Positions 13,804 to 27,006 are shown, counted from the stretch's first letter. The stretch: DNA of 64,000 bases from Lama glama (GCA_028534125.1 CM052816.1:80168001-80232000); one strand, 5' to 3'. Numbers and translations: made by a program. The notes: generated from the letters alone by a model not told the origin.

Positions 13804-14382
13804 CATTTATAAAGGGATCATATTTGTATTTCTTATAGCTCTTGCTAGGCAAACTCAGAGACTTAAACGCATATTAAATAGAATGAAAACCTACAACGGA
13901 AGGACCTACGAAAATATATAGCATCTCTTATCATTGTAATCTAACATGGCTTGCTCAATGTTAGTCTTGCTTGGAAAAGAAAATGTAGTTAAGCTGTGTT
14001 TAAATCTACCAAACAAGAAAACCAAAGCAAACCCCCAACTGGCCAAGTTCTTGTTCTACTCATTCGTTTTGTGAGAAACATTTACCTGGGACATAATTCA
14101 TGAACATTTCTAAGGCAGATAGTGTCAAGTTCCTAAGGAGAGAAAAATAAGAATGAGCTCTAAGTGTAAATTCTTAAATAAGGGAAGGAAAACCACACAC
14201 CCATTCAACAATGGTAACTACTTTGAGCCATGATTTCGATCAGTCGTCATGAGCACTGACAAACTGCATGGAATACTAAAATGATCCCAAAGCAGAATCT
14301 GAAATGAGAATGGTGGACCGAGGAAGCAACCAGTAAGGCTAATGGCTGTCTGCGATGTCCCAGGTTATTCTAAACGTGTGAA

Positions 14383-14397
14383 TGCCACCTGCTGGCC
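14383..14397 (-). promoter_or_regulatory. Candidate CTCF motif
   Basis: The reverse complement GGCCAGCAGGTGGCA matches the core CCASYAGRKGGC. Occupancy is unknown. Confidence 0.5.
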
Positions 14398-15574
14398 AAC
14401 GTGAACTTTCCTTAGAGGGTCCAGGAATTCTGCAGCCTACCTTGTCCAATGTCGCTGACAGCAGCATCGTGCTCTGCTAGTGCTGACCTCAATTCAAATT
14501 CCTTTTACTTTTCTTTTTTATTGTACCTCCCCTTAGTTCAGTTTTAAGTTAATGCAAAGTCACTCATTTATTTTCTCTAACACCTTTTCCCTTCACTTCT
14601 CCATGCCACTAGTCCAAGAGAGCCCAAGCACGTACTGCAAAACCCCCTCCTTATCCCAGATGACTCTACTCCATCCCTTTCTATTTCCTCACATGGGATG
14701 CAAGTGTTTCTTGAGAAGCCTGAACAACAGCTTGGTAAGAGCAGCTGAAGAGTTGATAACAGTGGCACAGCATGACTTAATTAAGGGATTAATTAAGTAA
14801 ACATTTCTACTATTACGATGACTTCCAAGCTTCAATAATAGTAATGCTGATAATAGCAGCTCTTTGTGGTGAAGAGATACGAAAAAAATCTCATGCATTT
14901 TCCCTCCTATTTTCAGTTAAGGATGGATATGTGTATATCCTTATGCTATAAGGGAAACACTCAGTCAACATACATCTGGGTAAGGATGCAAAATGACAAG
15001 GCAGTGGTGAACAGAGGTGGCGTATTCCTGAAGCCCTGGCACACGTGGGAGGGGCTGCACAAACAGGGGAAGTTGGAATTGCAGAGGTTGGAGGATACAC
15101 ACAAAGTCACGCTTAAAGTGTTAATACATTTTTAATGGTGATCTGTCAGGTTTCTGTCTGCTCCTCTGTGTGTGCATTTTTTTTTAAGTTTAAACATTTT
15201 ATAAAATCTCACAAAAGCTAATATGGGTCTGCAAGCCCCTTCTTGAAAGGTGAAAGATCACCTAATTCGTGGAAAATGTACGTATATATATAAATGAAGA
15301 GGAAGGATGACATCGTTTTGCCTGGGCCCCTTATAAGAACCAAAATACCTCCAAATAACCCCTAGTTGAAGAAATGAGATAGTATCTTGATCAACCAGCC
15401 TGGGAGGGCCGTGCCTTGAGTGTCAGTACCCGGGTTTCAGGGCTGGATTTGGCTACCGTATCAGTTGATGTCCTAGCAAACCGCTAGCACATTCAGACTA
15501 GGTGTTTTGAGGAAAGCTTTATGAAAGAATGACAGAGTGGTGTAATGGGTCACTTTGCCAGTCCCAAGCCTAAA

Positions 15575-15668
15575 GAAAGGAAAAGAGGGAGCAGTTACAG
15601 AGAGAGAGAAAGAGAAAGATTGGAGAGAGAGATGGAGAAGGAAAGAGAGAGGGAAAAAGAGCAAGAGC
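15575..15668. repeat. GA-rich low-complexity tract
   Basis: Near-pure purine run (agagagagaaagagaaag...gagagggaaaaaga). Confidence 0.85.
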
Positions 15669-17344
15669 TGTGTGGAGAGGACAGCGTGACAGCAGCCGGG
15701 ACCTTGGGTGAAGGACGCAGCCAGCCCTACGGGCTGTGGCTGGGAGGGAGCTGGGGAACCTACACTCCACCCTTTTTCCTCCCCTCTTCCTGATCTCCCA
15801 GCATTGCTCCCTGCTGGCAGAACCCAACGATGCAGCCAGGAGCCGCAGAGAAGGGTTGGGGAGGGGGGTTGGTGGACAACCCAAAGGTAAGCTGGTCAAT
15901 TGATTTTCAAAGATGAAAAAACAGAAATAACGTGAGCTCTGTCTTCTGGGAAGTAATAACAGCAAAAGCACGACTTTCTTTCTCCACAAAATGTAAACAA
16001 TTTATGTCATCCCATAACAAAGTGGCACATCACACACAAACAGCTTAGCAGTCTGCTCATAATGTTTAAAACAAACAAACAAACAAGAATCCTTGTAGAC
16101 GGACAAGGTTCTACCTACACAGTCTGTACTCAAGTCCTCAGCATCATCTTCCCCTTCAGTCATGGTATCCAAGACAAAAAGACTGTGCAGGCTGCTCGCC
16201 TGCCTGAGGCTCCTCAGCCCGTGGCTCGCAGGCCTCCTCTGCACGGGACATATCTGGCTTCTTTCAGTCACCTTCCTGATCAACACTTCCCTCGTCAGTG
16301 TCAACATCTTCAAAGTCCTCCCCCTCCTCCCGCTCCCTTTATTTCTCTTTAGCAATTCTTTTCAGATATGTCCTTTTCTGCTATTCCATTTGTCAGACCC
16401 CAAGACTGGAAAAGGATGCTGCTGGCTAAATGAGGGCCCCTGATGGTAAAGCACGACTTTTAAAAACTGGAAATGGGGGAAAGATTCTCCTTCGATGTGA
16501 AAATTAAAGTGAAAATTGTGTTTGTCTATAGAATCTACATTTTTCTGTGGATACACACACTCATACGAACTCAGACACACACATCACACACATGCAGGCA
16601 GTCTATGTAAGTGTTTTGACTGGAGAATTACAGGGAGCGGTGAAGGATACACTCAGGAAGCAGGCCATCGGACAACGAGAGGCTACATCTCGGCCCGATT
16701 CCTGTCCCTGAGACATTTTTATGATGACTCCAAAACTTTTGGAAAACACAGAGTACAAGTTTAACTTTAACAATTTGTCATCAGCTGCTTTGGAAAACAT
16801 GCCCCCCAGAGTGTGACCCAGACTAGCGCTGGGCCTGTTTTCAGCATCACCCAGGGGACTTAGTGGATCCTTGTAAAAGCACTCAGTCCAGACACCCTAA
16901 GATGCCAGTTGTACCTTATCAGGCATCAGTACCCCAGCCATGTACAATCCTTAAGGCCATCTTGCATGCATTTAGCTCTTCACAGTCTCCAAAGAGATGT
17001 AAGAGCACACCGGCACCCAATCGTATTCCTTGGCTATTTTCGGAGCCAGGAACATGATTGTCTGATTTGTTTCTCTAACTCATGGCTCAGTAAACACAAA
17101 GTACCCAGCTTATAGCTGAGTAAATATTTGCCAAGTTGAACTGACCTAAAAAACTCCAACAGACAGAGGAACGCTGGTAAATTGAGCATGTGAAGTTCGG
17201 TTTCTTCTCTGTGATGAAATAGCTTTAAAAAGAGAAATGGAGGCTGCTGGTTTCGAACCAGAACATAAAGGAAAAGCCTGGAAGAACTGACCTCTGATTC
17301 TACGGTGCACAGACCTAGTGGACTCAGGGATAGTGACTAGCTTT

Positions 17345-17510
17345 GAGTGGGAGTAGTGACCGAAATGGTGACAGTGGGGGACTTTGGGGTTCTGGTCATT
17401 TTCCTTTTTTGTTCTGGGTGCTGGTTATCCCCATGTGTTCAGTGTGTGAAAATTTAGAATCATATACTCACGTGCACTTTTCTGTACGTGTATTAGATGT
17501 CAAAAATTTT
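17345..17510 (+). mobile_element. Old L1 (L1ME-like) 3' end fragment
   Basis: Motif ggggttctggtcattttcc...ctgggtgctggtta...gtgaaaattt...gtgcacttttctgtacgtgtatt. Confidence 0.6.
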
Positions 17511-18911
17511 TATATAACAGCAATCCTTTATAGGCAATCCAACCTCAAACAACAGAATCCCTAAAGAGACTGAAGTTGTGTTTACCCTTGAACTTAATTA
17601 ATTCATTAAGAGTCTGGGATCCAGACCAAACGTCTTGGGTTGGAATCCTGGCCCTACCACTCAGTGACTGCGGGATCTTGGCCGTGTTACGTAACATCTC
17701 TAAGATTCTGTTTTCTCATCCAACAGTCGGCAAGTATTAATACCATCATAACTGAGGTGTTGAGAACACTCAGTCAGCTCTCAACAAATCACTGCTGGTC
17801 CTCTTATAATTGCTGGAGTGCGAACAAATCTCAGTTGCCAAATTCAGACACGCAAGACATTCAACTTTCTGCTTCTATACTTGGCCTTACATATTTTTAA
17901 AATCTTTATTTGGGAGGGTCACAGAAACCTGGTCTCTGCCATTTCAGATCTCCTACCCTCGCCCTGGGATTACGTCTGAGATTCGGCTCAGCTGCATCTC
18001 CCCACACTATATCTGCCCTGCTGCTCTTACTCCCATCTGACGTGGGGCGGTGTCCGCACAGATTCTAACCACCAGGCTCCTCTTGGTTCCCACAGCTGCT
18101 CCTGTGCTTCTCTGGGGAACATGGGGTTATTGTACAGCTTTTGCTCCTGGCCAGGGTGACGGTGCTACGCGGGGCTCTCTTAGGTTATCTGTCTAGACGT
18201 GTGCACATTTTCTGCTCTGAGGTCTTGACTCACCAGCACTGCATCTGAGAAAGTGGTTTGTCTTCCCCCCAACCCTACTCCCTGCCCATCCCGCCTCAGC
18301 CAACAGAAGGAGCAGGTCGCAGGGATGCCGGTATTAGTAGAATGGCTGAGCAAGTATAACACAGAGACTCTGAAATCCAAGAGAAGTTTACTTCCTTGTC
18401 TCTCTCGCTCTCTCGCAACTGTCTGGCCTGTCAGGGCTGCTGGGAAACCTGCTTTATGAGGTCACTTAGGGAGCCACGCTTTTTCCATTTGATTATTCCA
18501 CCATCCTTTAAAGTATGTATGTCTTCCTCTCCACGGTCAAAGTCAGTCTCGAGCCCACTCACGTTCCAGATCACAGGTTGGAGACAAGAGGGTAAGTCCA
18601 AGCAAGTCATTGCCTTCAAGCAGATGAGGCAGAAGTTACTCAAAGTATTTCCACCCGCAGTCTTCTGAGGAGTCCTATCACACGACCACACCACCGGCTT
18701 CTCCAAGCCTCCCTCCCGACTCTGCTCAGCACTCTTCTTCTGTAGCTGCAGTTCCTTCATGGTTCGCAGTGGTGTTTATTTTCCCACTTCCACTACTTGG
18801 TGCCCATAGAGAACGTGGCCCACTCCTTAACTGGCTTTGAGACTGAAAAGATAATGGAAACTATGGAGGTAGAATCAACAAAACTTGACACCAATTATAA
18901 CTAGCTGGTGA

Positions 18912-19525
18912 CTCTTTTAGACTCCACATGTAAGTGAGTTCGTGCACTATGTGTCTTCTGTGTCTGGTTTGCTTCACTTAGTATATATCCCCCAAGTATA
19001 TCCATGTTGTTGAAGTGGCAGGATTTCTTTCTTTTAAACACTGAATAATATTTTATTGTATATATGCACTACATTTCCTATATCCATTCACCTGTCAACA
19101 GGCATTTAGGTTGTTTCCACGTTTTGGCTATTGTGAATGATGCTGCAAAGAGCCGAAATAGCCAAACTCATAGAAGCAGGGAGTACAATGGTGGTTGCCA
19201 AGGGCTGGGGGGTGGAGGAAATGGGGAGATATTGGTCAAAGGGTACAAAGTTTCAGTTATGCAAGATTAATAAGTTCTGGAGATACTAATGTACAGCAAT
19301 GTGACTATAGTTAATAATACCACATTGTATACTTGAAATTCGCTAAGAGGATAGATCTTAAATTTCTCATCATACACACACGCACAAAAGACATTGGTAA
19401 CTATGTGGGGTGATGGGTATGTTAATTAACTTCATTGTGGTGTTTTATGTATATCAAATATCCAGTTGTATACTTTAAATATACATAATTTTATGTGTCA
19501 ATTATATCTCAATAAAGCCATAAAA
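18912..19525 (+). mobile_element. L1 (L1MA-type) 3' end with inverted 5' segment
   Basis: 18912-19148 is antisense L1. 19149-19525 is sense L1 3' UTR ending in caataaagc. Degenerate TSD tagctggtga / cagttggtga. Confidence 0.85.
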
Positions 19526-19745
19526 ACAGTTGGTGAAATAGGAGGAACTGAAATCTTTTTTATTTTTTTTCCAAATGTTGAGCCTGGAGTGACATGAGCT
19601 GATATGGGAAATACTGAAAGAGAAACAGATTTAATGAGAATTAAAAAATAACAACAACAAAAATAATAATATCTGGCACACATTATATACTGAGAACTTT
19701 GAATTTATTTCTCCATTCAGTCTTCAAAAACCACTTACTTATTTA

Positions 19746-19867
19746 CAGTCATCTCTCTCTATCTGTAAAGCCCCGTGGATACCAAAATCCATGGAGGCTC
19801 AAGTCCCTTACAATTGGCCCTGTGCGTACTCAGGAGTTCTGCATCCATGGATACAAAGGGCCGCCTG
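19746..19867. mobile_element. Tc1/mariner MITE, MER2/Tigger-like, internally deleted
   Basis: Structure TA|cagtc...gcctg|TA with a TA TSD. Contains the MER2 motif ggataccaaaatccatggaggctcaagtccctta. Confidence 0.75.
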
Positions 19868-20069
19868 TACTCATCTTCCTAACGTGGGTATGAGGCACCC
19901 TGAGCACGGAGAGCTAACACAAATTGCCTAAGGTCATGTGGCTTGAAGCAGCAGAGCAGAGAGTGGATCCTGGCCCTGGAAATCCAGAGCCCCTGAATGT
20001 AATCACCGGGCTATACTGTCTCACCTTCTACACTGAGAAGAATCTGATTTTAGAATTAGGGACAACCTA

Positions 20070-21002
20070 TGGCTGGGAAGCTGGGAAAATTCAACAGCTT
20101 GGAGACATGATGGCTGAAGGTGTCTCAACAATCGAAAGCTGGAATCATCTGCAAGCATCTACTCATCTTTCTTGCATTGATGTTGACCGCTTGCTGGGAC
20201 CTAGGCTGGGCTGTCAACTGGTGAGCCAACGGGTCTTTGCGTGTGGGCTGGGCTTCCTCACAGCATGGCAGCCTTGGACTCTGTGGATGTTTTACATGGC
20301 AGCTTATGGAGGAAGTGTTCTGTGCAACTTCTGCCTAACCAGCGAACTGCATGGATGCTGCATCACTTTTTCTGAAAGGTACGTTGATGTTAAAATAGGT
20401 CCACATATATTTGATACTCCTTCCTTCAAGTAGTGACACCTAATTCCCCTCCCTTGAGCTTGGAATATACTTAGCAACTCACTTCTAATAATAGGATGTT
20501 GTAGAAGGGATGGTGTGTGATTTTTGAGACTGAGACATAAACGCATCGTGCCTTCCTCCTTGCTCTCTCTCTCAAGTTACTTGCTCTGGGGGAAGCCAGC
20601 CACCATGACTCTCAAGCACCGAGGCTCCTGCCAGCAGCCAGTGAGTGAGCCAATTTAGAAACAGATCCTCCAGCCCCCATCAAGCTTTCAGATGACTGTA
20701 GCCCTGGCTGATAACTTGACTGAGACCTCATAAGAGACCCAGCGGCGAAAATCACCAGTTAAGTCACGCCCAAATTCCTGACTCAGAGACTATTCATAAT
20801 AAATCTTGTTATCTTAAGTGACTGATTTTGGGGGTAATTTGTTGTGAAACTACATGTGACTGATATACCTAACCTCAGAGGTCACATAGCATCATTTGCT
20901 GACTATTGGTTAAGAGCCCAGATTCAAGGGAAGGGGACACTGACCTAAGCACTCAAGTAGGAAGAGGGTCCAATATTTGCAGTCATGGTGTTAACTGCCA
21001 CA
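20070..21002 (-). mobile_element. Old MaLR LTR (MLT1H-K-like), interrupted by another LTR
   Basis: gggcttcctcacagcatggcagcc lies before 20375. The element resumes at 20870 with cctcagaggtcacatagcatca...agcccagattcaagggaaggggac. Confidence 0.6.
20376..20868 (+). mobile_element. MaLR LTR (MLT1F-like) nested in opposite orientation
   Basis: Motifs tttgatactccttccttcaag, cttgctctgggggaagccagc, tcaagctttcagatgactgtagccctggctga and ttttgggggtaatttgtt. Confidence 0.75.
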
Positions 21003-21575
21003 GAATGTTCAGTTTAGTGAACTTATAAAATGTAACTGGGGAGATGGCCACTAACTCTAGAAATGCAAGTCCTTTGCAGCCCGTGTAATATTTGTAATTA
21101 AGTAATCATCTGTGTAATTTCTCGTTGGATCTCTGCTATTCCACTGGACTGTGGATGTGCATCTGTTTTGTTCATCCTGTATCCCCAGAGCTCTGCACAA
21201 TGCTTAACTAATACTGCATGCTCACGAGGTATCTGTTGAACAAATGTACAAACTTGTAGGTAATCAGGATGTTTTGAACATATATATCTGGCCTTGGAAG
21301 TTTTTTTTTTGAATAGTTATCCCCCAAATAAAATTTCTGAATAATGCTTGAAAGTATATAACTCAGTCATGACACTTGTATAGGATATTCTGCTACTTAT
21401 TATGTTTTGATTATCTCAGTTCCAAAAAAACAGCATGTGAGATGATTTTGGAATTACATAGAGGGAGATAAACTTTTTAATAGCTATGTGATTATTTTAT
21501 TGTGCATTAAAAAGTGAAAAAATTATGAAATGTTAAAGGAAAATATTAGGTAAATAGTAGAATAGGTAACAGGCA

Positions 21576-21617
21576 GTTCCATGGTATAATGGTGAGCACT
21601 CTGGACTCTGAATCCAG
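21576..21617 (+). pseudogene. Tailless 5'-fragment retropseudogene of tRNA-Gln(CTG)
   Basis: GTTCCATGGTATAATGGTGAGCACTCTGGACTCTGAATCCAG corresponds to about nt 2-43 of mammalian tRNA-Gln-CTG, with the anticodon CTG at 21608-21610. It is flanked by a perfect direct repeat GTAACAGGCAG (21566-21576 / 21617-21627). There is no T-arm and no poly(A). Confidence 0.88.
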
Positions 21618-22416
21618 TAACAGGCAGATATGATGAAAACAACAGAAGTGGTACTTGGATAACTCAGGTTGGGTAAATATCACTAGACTGATCTGCAGAA
21701 AGACCCATAATCCGTGATGGAGGTCATTTCATCTCTGTTTTATAGAAGGTGAAACTGAAGCTTTGAAATTATAACGTAATGCTTTTTCCAGTACACCACT
21801 ATGACTTGTAAAATATTACACAAATGAATTTAACTTTGCACCTACCAAGTGAAAACAATACACTCCATGGCTTTAGATTTTAAACCCAGATTTAAAACTC
21901 CAGTGGTCACGTGCAATGACGGAATTGAAGTAACCCTAGTTTAGTGTTTCTTCTTTACAAACATTGTGCTGACATGGACTGTTTTGAATTTACTATTTAA
22001 ATACAGACATGTGTCATAATCCAGGCTTTTGGAGAAATGAGCCTTGAAAATTCAGAGCCCTTGCATGTAATCACTGGGCTGCAGTTCAGCTTTCAGCTCC
22101 AACAGTTTTAAACTGTGAAACTTTATCCTTGAAATGAATACGTGTAGCTGAGTCGACATGTGTTAGGACTGGCCGCTAACTAGAATTCCTCTGAATTAAC
22201 TTCTGTGTAGAACATAGTGTTTCTTAAAGGGTTAGTTATGAAAAGCATGCTAATTCAGAGCTTCCACATATATTATTAAAACTCAGCAATAACTTCAGCA
22301 ATAGTTTGGAACTTAGATCAACAAAAGATTGCTTTACTGACCTTGTTTAGATTTGGCAGGGCACGGTGATGGTAAAAGCAGGTCAATTAGGGGTGGGTTT
22401 CACTATCACTTTTAAA

Positions 22417-22544
22417 AAATTTTTTATTTTTATTGAGGTATAGTTGAATTACAATGTTGTGTTAGTTTCTACTGTACAACAAAGAGATTCAGTTATACAT
22501 ATATATTCTTTTTTATATTCTTTTTCATTAGAGGTTATTACAAG
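22417..22544 (-). mobile_element. Very short L1 3' end
   Basis: T-tract followed by attgaggtatagttgaattacaatgttgtgttagtttct. TSD atcacttttaaa (22405-22416) / accacttttaaa (22545-22556). Confidence 0.88.
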
Positions 22545-24149
22545 ACCACTTTTAAACTCTGTCCAGGTAATGCTTGCACTGGGCTGGCTCCTCCCACTGC
22601 CCTGATCTTGGCGCATGAGCCCAACTTCTCTGCTTCACATGTGCTTTCTCTGCATCACAACCTCCGCTTCTCATAGTTTCCACTTCCTCATAAATTTAGC
22701 TCACACAAGACCCTTCCCAAGGCTTATCACCATCCTGAACTTCCCACTTCAGCTCCACTGTTTCCGTTCTCAATCTCCCAGAGCCACCTAGTTCAAATTC
22801 CTACAACAGAAATCCTTATTTGGCCAACTCATCTTTTCTGGAGCAGACCAAGTCATGGGCTTTTGGCCAGTCTGTGCATTGACACTATTGGGTCAAGGAC
22901 TTAATGTCTGGTCCCTAGAAGATGATGGGGTCACCTGATTCAAATCGTGGCTTCCTGGAACGGGCTCTGAGCAATGCACATTTGGTGGTTGGCAGGTGTA
23001 ATGCCAAGAAAACTAAATATACGTAGAAGTCCCTGTAGGCAAGGGAAGAATTCTTCTTCGTGAAGGAGCACTGGAGGCAGATTCAGGTGAATTGGGGTTT
23101 AAATCTCCTTTCGGTAAATCTGATATCTTTTCATCTTCAGTTTGCTCAGAGTGTAATAGGCGAATTCTTTATGAAGAGCATAGAAGTAATAGAATTCTCA
23201 GTAACAGAAATGACTGAAATGAATGAGTTTACCTCCCATCCCCATAACCAGTCTAGCTATGGGTGGCTGCCGGCACTGGTTTGGGGCCAGCTTCTCAGTC
23301 TCTTGTCTTTTCCTCTAAGCTTGTTATATCACAGTTGCACGATGGCTCTTGTAGCTACGGACATCATGTCCCTTTCCAGTTAGAGAGGAAGAGAAAGTGG
23401 TGATGGACCCACATTTATGCCTCTTGTTGGAAAAAGTAAAAGGCTTCCCAGAGCACCCAGCAAATTTCCACTGATGTCTCATTGACCAGTAAAGTGTACA
23501 CTGCCATCCTTGGTCACGGGGCAGCCTGAGACAGAGGGTGCTTGCCGGGGCTGGATGCATGGCCTCCCAGAACAGAACTGAGGTGTCTGTAGCTTTAACA
23601 AAGGAAGGGGAATGGGTATAAAAGAGGTGTGGGGAGAAGTCACTAAAGGGTTCATTTGATCCGTTTTCTTACAGGGTGGTTGGGAGGATGAAGCATATGT
23701 GAAAAGTGCAACAGGGCCCTTTTCAAAATGAAAACTTGCAGCTTCCCTACGTGATCATTCTATTTGATATGCTTGCTTTCTTAAAGACAAACCACCCCCC
23801 ATTCTCTTTTACATTACCTCGGAAACTTCCAAATGACACTGAGTACTGCTTGACCCTGCCTGCCCTCCAGCCTCGTCTCTCCGCATCACGCCCTCCGCTG
23901 CTCCCACCTCCCTCTGACAGCACTGACCCCCTTCCAAGGTGTGTGATTCACCGAGGCTTTTCTCACCCTAGGGCTTTGCTTTTGCAATTTTCTCTCTTGG
24001 ATTAGACTTCCTCTTTCTGTCACCACTTCAGAGAAATCCACCCTGACTCCCAACCTCTGTGAAATATCCCCTCTTTGTTCTTTCCAAGCACTAAGCAGAC
24101 TCTTCATACTCATGTAGTCTATAGGTTTGCATTTATCTGTGTAATGGTG

Positions 24150-24365
24150 TAAACTTTGAGGGCATGGGTGCTAGAGCCAGACTGCCTGCAACTAACTTCT
24201 TCCTAACTGTGGTTCTGGGCAGGTTACTTTATTGTCTTGGTGCCTCTGTTTTCTCTTCTGTAAAATGGGAATATTATTATCACCTATTTCATGAGACTGT
24301 GAAGAGGATTGAATGTGTTAGGTGCTTAAAACAGTGCCCTGTGCATAGCAGAGACTATGTGAGTG
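24150..24365 (+). mobile_element. MIR SINE
   Basis: Motifs ctagagccagactgcctg, tgcctctgttttctcttctgtaaaatggga and gtgcttaaaacagtgcc. Confidence 0.8.
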
Positions 24366-25709
24366 TGAACTAAATCAAAGAGATCGCCTATATTTCCTCC
24401 ATCAAACAGTTGCTCTAGGAAGACAGTGTCCACCCCTGTTCTGTCACTACAGCAGCCACCACAGCGCCAGACCACGTCACCATTATTGTCCTCATGGCAG
24501 TTGTTTTATATCGCTTAGGGATGGAGTATTTCTTGAATGAATGAATACAGAAATGAATAACCAAGTGGTGCTCTAAATGGGGGAGGGGAGGAAAAGAGTA
24601 ACCTGCTCACTCAAACTAGCACATGACAAGAGCACAGGCTTCCAGAAAATTCTGACCATACAAGTCTCTGGCTCAGGTGGGAGTTGTGGGGTTTGTTAGC
24701 ACCAAATCCTCCGTGGCAAAGCATGGGACCTGCATGGACCATCCCCTAGAAGGTCCTCCTCTTGCTTGCCAGCCAACAGACACAGTGATGGCCCCCTCTG
24801 GGAGGACTCCTGGGTCTCAGGCTCTCTGTGAGGGACCATGGTGCACCCACCCTTCTGGAAATCTGCAGCCCTGATTAGGTGTCTTACTCACTGACCCTGA
24901 CATCCTGGTGACAGCTGCTCCCCTGGCTGAGCTTTGGGGGCCCTGGTCACCTCTTGGGGCTGTCCTGACTCTCTGAAGAAGATTTTTCCAGACCCCGAAG
25001 TATGGCAGTTTTATGGGCCATCTGCACTGCGTTCCCTTTCCGAGGCAACCGAGGCTCTTAAATCACAGGGAAAGCACATCTAAGTTGCGCTGGGGGACTC
25101 AATCAGGCAGCCGGCGGCTCTACTAGTTCTTCTCCAGCGCTGGGTCTCAGAGGAGCCATTAGAGACCCAGTAAAGCAGACCTCGCTCACCCTGGCTGCCT
25201 TCCACAGCCTGACGCTCGCCTGCGTCCGAAGCCTCTGCGGAGCCCTGACCATGTCCCGTGGCCCCTGGGCTCCCCAGCCCTCAGGTTAGCGCTCAGCCCC
25301 CGAGTCTTCGGAGGACCAGTTGTTTTTCCTTTTCTGTTTGGTGCATGGCCTCAGGGTTTCTCCCTTTCCTGCCCCAGCCCAGCTGGAAGCCCCTGTATTA
25401 ACAGTTTGTTTGTAAGCTCATGGTGGTCTGTGAACTTGTCTGAAACTTCCTGGAAGGGTAAAGGACTACTGCATCCGAATGTGAGTCCCAGCGGAGCACG
25501 CTGGCCAGGCTCTCTGGCCATCCCTCCCTCCCTCCCCCACACTCTGCACGTGTCTCGAGAACATCGTACTCCAGCAAAACCTTCCAGAGAGAAGGCTTCT
25601 CCCCTGAAAACGCGAGGCTTGTAATGGCACCTCTTACGTGAGGGATGTTGGAGTCCATGAGGCTCCTTAAGGAGAGTTTGAGGGAAAAATTTAGGTCAGC
25701 CTCTTAGAA

Positions 25710-26062
25710 GCTATTTGCTGTTTGTCTGCTTATCAAGGAAAATTCCTGCCCCCCCCCCCCCGCCCCGAGGTCTGGTTGTGAGAGCCATTGGCTGAGGAGG
25801 AGGGAGACGAGTCACCTTGACAAAGGTTTGTTTTGGCAACCGTGCCTCCAGCAGAGCCCATCCCTGTCCATCAGGGCTGGCGGTCACTCTGAGCCCTTCC
25901 CCCCAGGCTGCCGAGAGCCAGGCAACCAGCTCCAGGCATCTGCCCCCTAATCGGCTCCTCTGATCTCTGCTCCCCCTGTTGCCCTCAACAGCTGCATCTC
26001 CCGGGACAGGCCCGTCCTGAGGGAGGAGGAGCCTAGCTTCACCTGCTGCCTCCCGGGTGGGT
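25710..26062 (+). promoter_or_regulatory. Candidate promoter/enhancer motif cluster
   Basis: GATA (25729-25734), kB-like GGAAAATTCC (25737-25746), C-run plus GC box (25749-25766), reverse CCAAT box AGCCAATGG (around 25787-25791), and NR5A/ERR-like tcaccttga (25812-25820). A possible splice donor CGG|GTGGGT lies at 26056/26057. Confidence 0.35.
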
Positions 26063-26612
26063 CTTGGCTAGAAGTGTGGGTGGTGACAAAGCCCATATAA
26101 GTTACCAACATGCCCTTACATTTTCTTAAGGCTGATGCTGATAGCTTTTTGACGCGGATGGAAATTCAGAAATGATCCAGGTTACTGGGATTCAGGCCTA
26201 CCTTAGCATGCAGCAAACTCCTCTCCATGAATCTCTCTGAGAAGCCCTGGGACTGCCCATGCTGTGGACAAGGGTCCAGGCCCTACAGGCTAGCCCCCTC
26301 ATTTTCCTGGAAGTCCCTGAGACTCTTATTCCAAATGCCTAGGACTCTCTAGAACCCGCGGTGAAAGTTATTCATTACCATGGAGCCCAGCGTGGCCCGC
26401 TGAACGCAACTGGCTGGCCCAACATGACAGTTTTTTGGGGACCTGGGTACAAGTGGAGCCCAGGTCACTTAAAGCCAGATGTATATTGCTTACAAGTGTT
26501 CGGCCGATGTGTAACACATTGCTCACATTTGTATTAGACTTAGACTTAGTGTGAAATGGTTCAACGCTCATCCCATTTCTTTTTTCAAATTTTAGTAATT
26601 TTTTTTAGCTGG

Positions 26613-27006
26613 TGTATTATATTTCTAAAGCTGTCATAACAGAGGCACAGATTGGGTGGCTTAAACAACAGAAATGTATTGTCTCATAGTCCTGGAGGTG
26701 AGAAGTCTGAGAACAAGGTGTCCACAGGGCTGGTTCCTTCTGAGGCCTCTCCTTGGCTCCTAGATGACAAGTTTCTCCCTGTATCTGCCCCTTGTCTTCC
26801 CTCTGTGTATGTCTGTGTCCAAATTTCCTCTTCTTATAGGGATTCCAGTCATACTGAATTTGGGCCCACCCTAATGATCTCATTTTAGCTTAATTACCTC
26901 TTTAAAGACCCAGTCTCCAAACACAGTCACATTCTGGGGCACTAGGGGACGAGGACTTTGACATGTGAATATTGGGTGGGGGGCATACACAATCCAGCCC
27001 ATAACA
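26613..27006 (-). mobile_element. MaLR solo LTR (MLT1B-like)
   Basis: Termini tgtatta...cccataaca; 5-bp TSD gctgg/gttgg; canonical MLT1B internal motifs. Confidence 0.9.
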
